Positions 59,281 to 64,000 of a stretch of 64,000 nt of DNA are shown piece by piece; position 1 is the first letter of the stretch, and each line of letters begins with the position of its first letter. Under the pieces are notes generated by a model. That model was not told the origin of the DNA, made no database searches, and was given only the letters and a program-made list of their open reading frames with translations. The translations under genes and the position numbers were made by a program. Source of the DNA: an uncultured delta proteobacterium. GTDB lineage: Bacteria > Desulfobacterota > Binatia > UBA9968. The DNA lies in contig CAVSLC010000010.1 in NCBI GenBank assembly GCA_963728565.1, forward strand, positions 128,001-192,000, in the 5' to 3' direction.

Positions 59281-60171
59281 ATGGCACCTCACAGAAAATT
59301 ACGTTTGCTGACTCTGCTCGGGCTCGGATTTTTATCTGTTGCTTTGGCCGGCCAGCTAAGCGCGCAAGAAAAGAGCTTCCTCTGGAAAGTGGATTCCGGC
59401 CAGAACAATCTTTATATCCTCGGCTCGATTCATTTGCTGAATAAGGAGGCCTACCCACTCAAGCAGAGCATTGAAAACGCATTTGAGCAGGCGAATAAAC
59501 TGGTTTTGGAGATCGACTTGCTCAGCGTAAATGCCGAAAAGGTTCAGCAGCTGATGCTGCAGCAAGGGGCCAGTACCGATGGCAGCGGGTTGCCTCAGAA
59601 TGTCTCCAAGGAAACCTACGAAAGTGTCACGACGAGGGCCAAAGAGCTGGGTATCGATATTCGGCTGTTGAATTCTCTTAAGCCCTGGATTGTCGCCACG
59701 ACTATGGCGGCGATGAAGCTGCAACAGCTGGGATTTGATCCGAGATTGGGGATCGATCGATACTTTGCCGGGCGCGCCATTCAATCCAACAAGCCCACTG
59801 GCGGCTTAGAAACTGTTGAATTTCAGCTCAATTTGTTTGATCACTTTTCGGCAAAGGATCAAGAACTCTTGCTGCGCCGGAGTATGAATGAGATGGACCA
59901 TTTGGAACGAAATGTCTCCGAAATCGTGCGCGCGTGGAAAACTGGCGACGTCGACTCATTGGAAAGACATCTCCTGGCGGGCATGCGCGATTATCCGGAG
60001 ATCCATCGAAGAGTGATCGATGATCGCAACCGGCGCTGGCTGCCGCAGATCGAAGGCCTGTTATCGAGAGGCGAGAACGCGTTGATCGTCGTCGGCGCGG
60101 CTCATCTGGTTGGCAAAAACGGCGTCATCCAGTTATTGAAGGGCCGAGGCTATAGGGTGGAGCAACAATAA
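59281..60171 (+). CDS. TraB/GumN family secreted protein
   Basis: Signal peptide; motifs LWKV, GSIH, GIDRYF, GLET..FQ, RNRRW, VGAAHLVG. Confidence 0.9.
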   Translation: MAPHRKLRLLTLLGLGFLSVALAGQLSAQEKSFLWKVDSGQNNLYILGSIHLLNKEAYPLKQSIENAFEQANKLVLEIDLLSVNAEKVQQLMLQQGASTDGSGLPQNVSKETYESVTTRAKELGIDIRLLNSLKPWIVATTMAAMKLQQLGFDPRLGIDRYFAGRAIQSNKPTGGLETVEFQLNLFDHFSAKDQELLLRRSMNEMDHLERNVSEIVRAWKTGDVDSLERHLLAGMRDYPEIHRRVIDDRNRRWLPQIEGLLSRGENALIVVGAAHLVGKNGVIQLLKGRGYRVEQQ

Positions 60172-60665
60172 TGGAAGCTGTAAAGACCTCCAACGAGATC
60201 AAGGTGGCAGACTGGATGACGGAGACGGTTTTGGCGGTTGAGATCTACGATAGTATTTCCGTCGCTCGGCAGCTCATGGCCAAGCACCGCGTCAATCAGT
60301 TGCCGGTGCTCGATCATGACCGTTTGATGGGGATTGTCACCGATCGAGACATCCGTGATGCGTATCCGACCAGCATGTTGATCGGACGCACTAAAGAGAT
60401 CGACAAATTCGCCGAGTCCTATACCGTTGAGGAAGTGATGACGCATGATGTCTTTACGGTCGAACCCGAAACGCCGTTAGCCACCGCAGTAGCGTTGTTG
60501 CGCCATCATCGGATCGGCTCGCTGCCGGTGGTCAAAGAAAAGCAGCTGGTGGGAATAATCACGCGCAGCGATATTCTGGACTTCGTTTTGAGCGGGGCCG
60601 GTATCAAGAGGCTCAGGCGCGCGCAAAAAGGCGCGCAAGAAATCGCCGGCGGCAAAAAAGGGTAA
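60171..60665 (+). CDS. CBS-pair protein (AcuB-like)
   Basis: Motifs VADWMT, LPV...GIVTDRD, LPVV...GIITRSD. Confidence 0.88.
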   Translation: MEAVKTSNEIKVADWMTETVLAVEIYDSISVARQLMAKHRVNQLPVLDHDRLMGIVTDRDIRDAYPTSMLIGRTKEIDKFAESYTVEEVMTHDVFTVEPETPLATAVALLRHHRIGSLPVVKEKQLVGIITRSDILDFVLSGAGIKRLRRAQKGAQEIAGGKKG

Positions 60666-60734
60666 ACGTTCCAAGGCCGCCAGGGTGCGCAGAGCCAGTA
60701 AGGTTCTCTGATTGGTGGTCGTAAAATCTTGCAA

Positions 60735-60862
60735 GCTATGAAAAAGAACCAGAGGCGAGGCTGGCGAAGTACAAGGATGAAAGCGGAAATCTGAAAGCGG
60801 AATTCAAGTTTCAGCTTTTAAACTCATCTTTCCAGAGCATACGAGTTTTTCAGCAGCTGGCT
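60735..60862 (-). repeat. Degenerate MITE-like ends
   Basis: Minus strand CAGCTGCTGAAAAACTCGTATGC...CCTCGCCTCTGGTTCTTTTTCATAGC resembles the ends of copies 1-3; the interior differs. Confidence 0.4.
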
Positions 60863-60879
60863 AAAGCAGGAGAAAATTC

Positions 60880-61371
60880 ATGGCGTCTTTCGATGTTGTT
60901 AACCGTATCGACCTGCAGGAAGTCGATAACGCGGTGAATATCACCAAAAAGACAATTCAATCGCGCTACGATTTTCGCGAATCAAAAACGGAGATCGTGC
61001 TGGATAAGAAAGACAAGAAGATCAACGTTACGACTGAAGACGAAATGAAGATGCGGGCGGTGCAGGAAACATTGGTGGAAAATCTGGTCAAGCGAAAAGT
61101 CGACACCCGGTGTTTGGAATACAAGCCAAGCGAAATGGCAGCACAGGGGATGATCCAGAAGGCGATCACGATCAAGGAAGGAGTCGATTCCGATACTGCC
61201 CGGGCGATTGTCAAAATGATCAAGGATCAGAAGATGAAGGTTCAAGCGGCTATACAGGAAAAGCAGGTACGAGTCACGGCCAAAAAGATTGACGATCTGC
61301 AGGCTGTCATCAAACTGCTAAGGTCGTCGAATCTGCCCATTCCCCTGCAGTTCATCAATATGCAGAGCTGA
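60880..61371 (+). CDS. yajQ: YajQ family nucleotide/c-di-GMP-binding protein
   Basis: Motifs MASFDVV, QEVDNAVN, RYDF, KVQAAIQ..QVRVT.KKIDDLQ. Confidence 0.93.
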   Translation: MASFDVVNRIDLQEVDNAVNITKKTIQSRYDFRESKTEIVLDKKDKKINVTTEDEMKMRAVQETLVENLVKRKVDTRCLEYKPSEMAAQGMIQKAITIKEGVDSDTARAIVKMIKDQKMKVQAAIQEKQVRVTAKKIDDLQAVIKLLRSSNLPIPLQFINMQS

Positions 61372-61398
61372 GCGAGCAGGGTCGTTCAGGAGGAAACC

Positions 61399-61803
61399 AT
61401 GAGTGAAGCAAAGGAAAAGATCGAAAAGTCCGATGAAGAGTGGCGCAAAGAGCTGTCGCCGGAGCAGTACGAGGTGTGCCGCCAGAAAGGGACCGAACGG
61501 GCTTTCACCGGAAAATACTGGGACTGTCACGACCAGGGAACTTATCATTGTGCCTGTTGCGGCAACGAACTATTCAGCTCCGACAGCAAATTCGATTCCG
61601 GCACCGGGTGGCCGAGTTTTTACCGGCCGATTGCCGAAGACAAGGTCGAAACCGAAAGCGACAACAGCTTTCTTATGCGCCGCACGGAAGTGCTCTGCGG
61701 TCGATGCAATGCTCATCTAGGCCATGTTTTTGATGACGGGCCTGCGCCGACTCACTTGCGCTATTGCATCAATTCGGCCTCATTGAAGTTGGAAAAGAAG
61801 TAG
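61399..61803 (+). CDS. msrB: Peptide-methionine (R)-S-oxide reductase
   Basis: Motifs [35 protein letters not shown]. Confidence 0.95.
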   Translation: MSEAKEKIEKSDEEWRKELSPEQYEVCRQKGTERAFTGKYWDCHDQGTYHCACCGNELFSSDSKFDSGTGWPSFYRPIAEDKVETESDNSFLMRRTEVLCGRCNAHLGHVFDDGPAPTHLRYCINSASLKLEKK

Positions 61804-61816
61804 ACCCTGCCTTTCG

Positions 61817-62272
61817 ATGGATGGGCAAGCATTTCAGGATCAGGGCACGGTGCGCTACTGCCACGGCTGCGGCGCCGACAACCAACAAGGTTTACGCATC
61901 AAAAGCTACTGGGATGGCGAGGAAGCGATAGCAAGCTGGCATGCGCAGCCGCACCATTGTGGCGGGACCAAACAAAACCTCAATGGCGGCATCATTGCTT
62001 CGCTCATCGATTGCCACAGCTTGAATCTGGCTATCGCGCACGCCTACAGGCAGGAGCAACGTTCGATAGGTAGTACGCCGCGCATCGGCTACGTCACGGC
62101 GAATCTAAACGTGTCCTATCTAAAGCCTACGCCGCTTGCGGAACTGATCCATTTGCGTGCGCGCATCATCAAAATCGAGGGCCGCAAGGCATGGGTCAGT
62201 TGCGCATTGACCGCCGCCGGCGAGCTTCGAGCCACAGGAGAGGTGCTCGGAGTGCGGGTGCATTGGGAGTAA
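61817..62272 (+). CDS. PaaI-family hot-dog thioesterase
   Basis: Motifs CHGCG..N..GL, NGGIIASLIDCH, VTANLNVSYLKPTP. Confidence 0.85.
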   Translation: MDGQAFQDQGTVRYCHGCGADNQQGLRIKSYWDGEEAIASWHAQPHHCGGTKQNLNGGIIASLIDCHSLNLAIAHAYRQEQRSIGSTPRIGYVTANLNVSYLKPTPLAELIHLRARIIKIEGRKAWVSCALTAAGELRATGEVLGVRVHWE

Positions 62273-62276
62273 ACAG

Positions 62277-62369
62277 GTTCAAAATTAAGGTTCAAATCGT
62301 TCAAGCCGATGAAGTCCACGACGCGCTCTTAACGTTTTGAACTATTTGAACGTATTAAACGGCTTGAAC
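62277..62369. repeat. Inverted array of GTTCAA / TTGAAC hexamers
   Basis: Three GTTCAA motifs (62277-62304) followed by three TTGAAC and one TTAAAC (62337-62369). Confidence 0.5.
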
Positions 62370-62386
62370 AGACGTTTCTGGGATCT

Positions 62387-63331
62387 ATGGAATACACTAT
62401 TTTAGGTCGCACGGGTCTTAAGGTAAGCGTCGCCGGTCTGGGCTGCGGCGGGCCGAGCCGCCTCGGGCTGCGCGACAACGCCGCCGCCGAAGCCGGCGCC
62501 GTTTCGCTGGTTCGACAGGCCATCGACTTGGGTATCAATTTTCTCGATACCGCTCAGTCGTATGGAACCGAGCCCGTCGTCGGCAAAGCGATTGCCGGAC
62601 TACCACGGGAGGACTTGATTGTCTCGACCAAAAAGACCTTACCGCCGGTCGATCACAGCAACCCCGCGGAGCAGGTCATCAAGGGTCTGGAGCAGAGTCT
62701 GAAATCAATCGGCACCGACTATATCGATATCTATCATCTTCATGGCGTCGAGCCGAAAGATTACGTCTTTGCCAAAGAAGAATTAATGCCGGCCATGCGG
62801 CGCCTGCGCGATCAAGGCAAGATTCGCTTTATCGGTGTTACCGAGGGGTTTGCGACGGATACGTCGCATCGGATGCTCCAAGAAAGTTTGACAGAAGATC
62901 TCTGGGACGTGGTGATGGTCGGCTTTAACCTTCTCAATCCGTCCGCGCGCAGAACCGTCTTCCCGTTGACGGCCGCAAAAAAGGTCGGGGTTTTGGACAT
63001 GTTCGCCGTCCGCAGGGCTTTGAGCCAGTCGGATCGTTTAAGAAGCTTGTGCGGCGAATTGATGCAAAAGGGAGTGCTTCCGCATGGCGCTGTCGATGCG
63101 GACGATCCGCTTGGTTTTCTTCTCGAGGAAGAGGTTGCCGCGACAATCCCGGAAGCGGCTTATCGCTTCTGCCGGCATGAACCCGCCGTCGATGTTGTCC
63201 TCACCGGCACCGGCAACCCCGAACATCTTAAAGCCAATATCGAAGCTATTCTGAAGCCGCCCTTGCCCGCACCGGCACTCGAACGATTGGAAAAATTGTT
63301 CGGCGAGCTGGATTCACTCACCGCGAACTAG
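62387..63331 (+). CDS. Aldo/keto reductase
   Basis: Motifs LGRTGLKVS, GINFLDTAQSYG, STK, TDYIDIYHLH, GKIRFIG. Confidence 0.92.
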   Translation: MEYTILGRTGLKVSVAGLGCGGPSRLGLRDNAAAEAGAVSLVRQAIDLGINFLDTAQSYGTEPVVGKAIAGLPREDLIVSTKKTLPPVDHSNPAEQVIKGLEQSLKSIGTDYIDIYHLHGVEPKDYVFAKEELMPAMRRLRDQGKIRFIGVTEGFATDTSHRMLQESLTEDLWDVVMVGFNLLNPSARRTVFPLTAAKKVGVLDMFAVRRALSQSDRLRSLCGELMQKGVLPHGAVDADDPLGFLLEEEVAATIPEAAYRFCRHEPAVDVVLTGTGNPEHLKANIEAILKPPLPAPALERLEKLFGELDSLTAN

Positions 63332-63341
63332 TCTAGGCTGG

Positions 63342-63462
63342 CAGGCTGCTGAAACAGACCCGATATGCTTCGTTGCGCTCAAATCGCCTCGCTGCAACGT
63401 TGTGGAAGTACGCCTTAGCTCGTCGATTTTTGCGCGCCTTCTATCTTCATTTTGAGCAGCTT
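63342..63462 (+). mobile_element. MITE-like element, copy 3
   Basis: CAGGCTGCTGAAA...TATGCTTCGTTGCGCTCAAATCGCCTCG..CAACGT...GTAC...GCTCGTCGATTT..GCGCGCCT...TTTTGAGCAGC, colinear with copy 1. Confidence 0.65.
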
Positions 63463-63550
63463 CTTATTCCGAAGTAGATCTTCTCTGTGACATCTCAGGC
63501 AGCTTTTCGTCGCGTGTCAGCCGGTGCCAAATCAACGATTCCTGCTGCTA

Positions 63551-64000
63551 TTAGGGGTTCGACTCAAACAGCTTTGAGTATTGCTCCCATGGTGCGGGTG
63601 CGACGCGGGCGGTGCGCATGTTTTCTTCGACATGCTTGAGCTGTTTCATGCCCACAAGCGCGGTGGTGACTCCCGCGGTCGAACGCACGAATTGAATCGA
63701 TCTTTGGCTGTCGGTTTCAAGCCCGTTTAATGCGGCGCCGATCATCGACGGAAGATTGGCGGCGAGCTGGCCCTGTAGAATGGAGGCGCTGCACATAACC
63801 GTAACGTCCAAGGCTTGCGCCGCTTCTAAAACGGTAACGGTTTTGTCTCCTACTGTTTGGTTTGGCAGGGACAACGCTTCAGTCATGCCAAGATTGAACG
63901 GCAATTGTATGACCGCAAAATGGTGATCTTTGCCGCCGGCTTTTGTCGCTAGACCGATTATCTCGGCCAGCGACAGGTAATCCTTTGCCTGCGGATCACT
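63551..64000 (-). CDS. Aldo/keto reductase family protein, C-terminal part (runs off the window)
   Basis: Motifs HHFAVIQLPFNL, SASILQG, QFVRS..GVTTALVGM...HVEEN; the frame is open to the window end. Confidence 0.8.
   Translation of the reverse strand, partial: SDPQAKDYLSLAEIIGLATKAGGKDHHFAVIQLPFNLGMTEALSLPNQTVGDKTVTVLEAAQALDVTVMCSASILQGQLAANLPSMIGAALNGLETDSQRSIQFVRSTAGVTTALVGMKQLKHVEENMRTARVAPAPWEQYSKLFESNP

Noticed and set aside
1-64000. CRISPR arrays, tRNA/rRNA, prophage, anti-phage defence systems
   Set aside because: No regularly spaced repeats, cloverleafs, integrase or structural genes, or recognisable defence domains were seen.

Overview
This 64-kb bacterial chromosomal window has moderately high GC. 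Its gene families suggest a non-phototrophic Deltaproteobacteria-like soil bacterium, most like Ca. Binatia/Binatota (inference). No rRNA, tRNA, CRISPR array or intact transposase was found. Stress, desiccation and dormancy functions dominate: a divergent RpoD-like sigma factor, a sigma54 response regulator, glgE-treS/mak-glgB, an otsA-otsB fusion, Hsp20, BON, MsrB and two ferritin-like genes. An extended NHEJ neighbourhood contains Ku, a Ku-coupled MerR-HTH/TPR protein, LigD polymerase, a ligC remnant, and a PolX-PHP lacking its catalytic aspartates plus a coupled unknown gene. Most notable: (1) at least seven sigma54 -24/-12 promoters, each with a TGTY-N8-GAVA enhancer-like site upstream, suggesting a sigma54-run general stress regulon that includes NHEJ; (2) a cyanobacterial CruH-like Rieske gene in an operon with actinobacterial-type crtU and a lycopene cyclase; (3) tandem secreted CxxCH/His-rich beta-propeller paralogues plus a Kelch protein; (4) a stand-alone PaaA/BoxB-like di-iron gene with a BzdR/BoxR regulator. 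A MITE-like repeat family is present. About ten single-base frameshifts look like sequencing errors. All family assignments come from motif recognition; no database searches were run.
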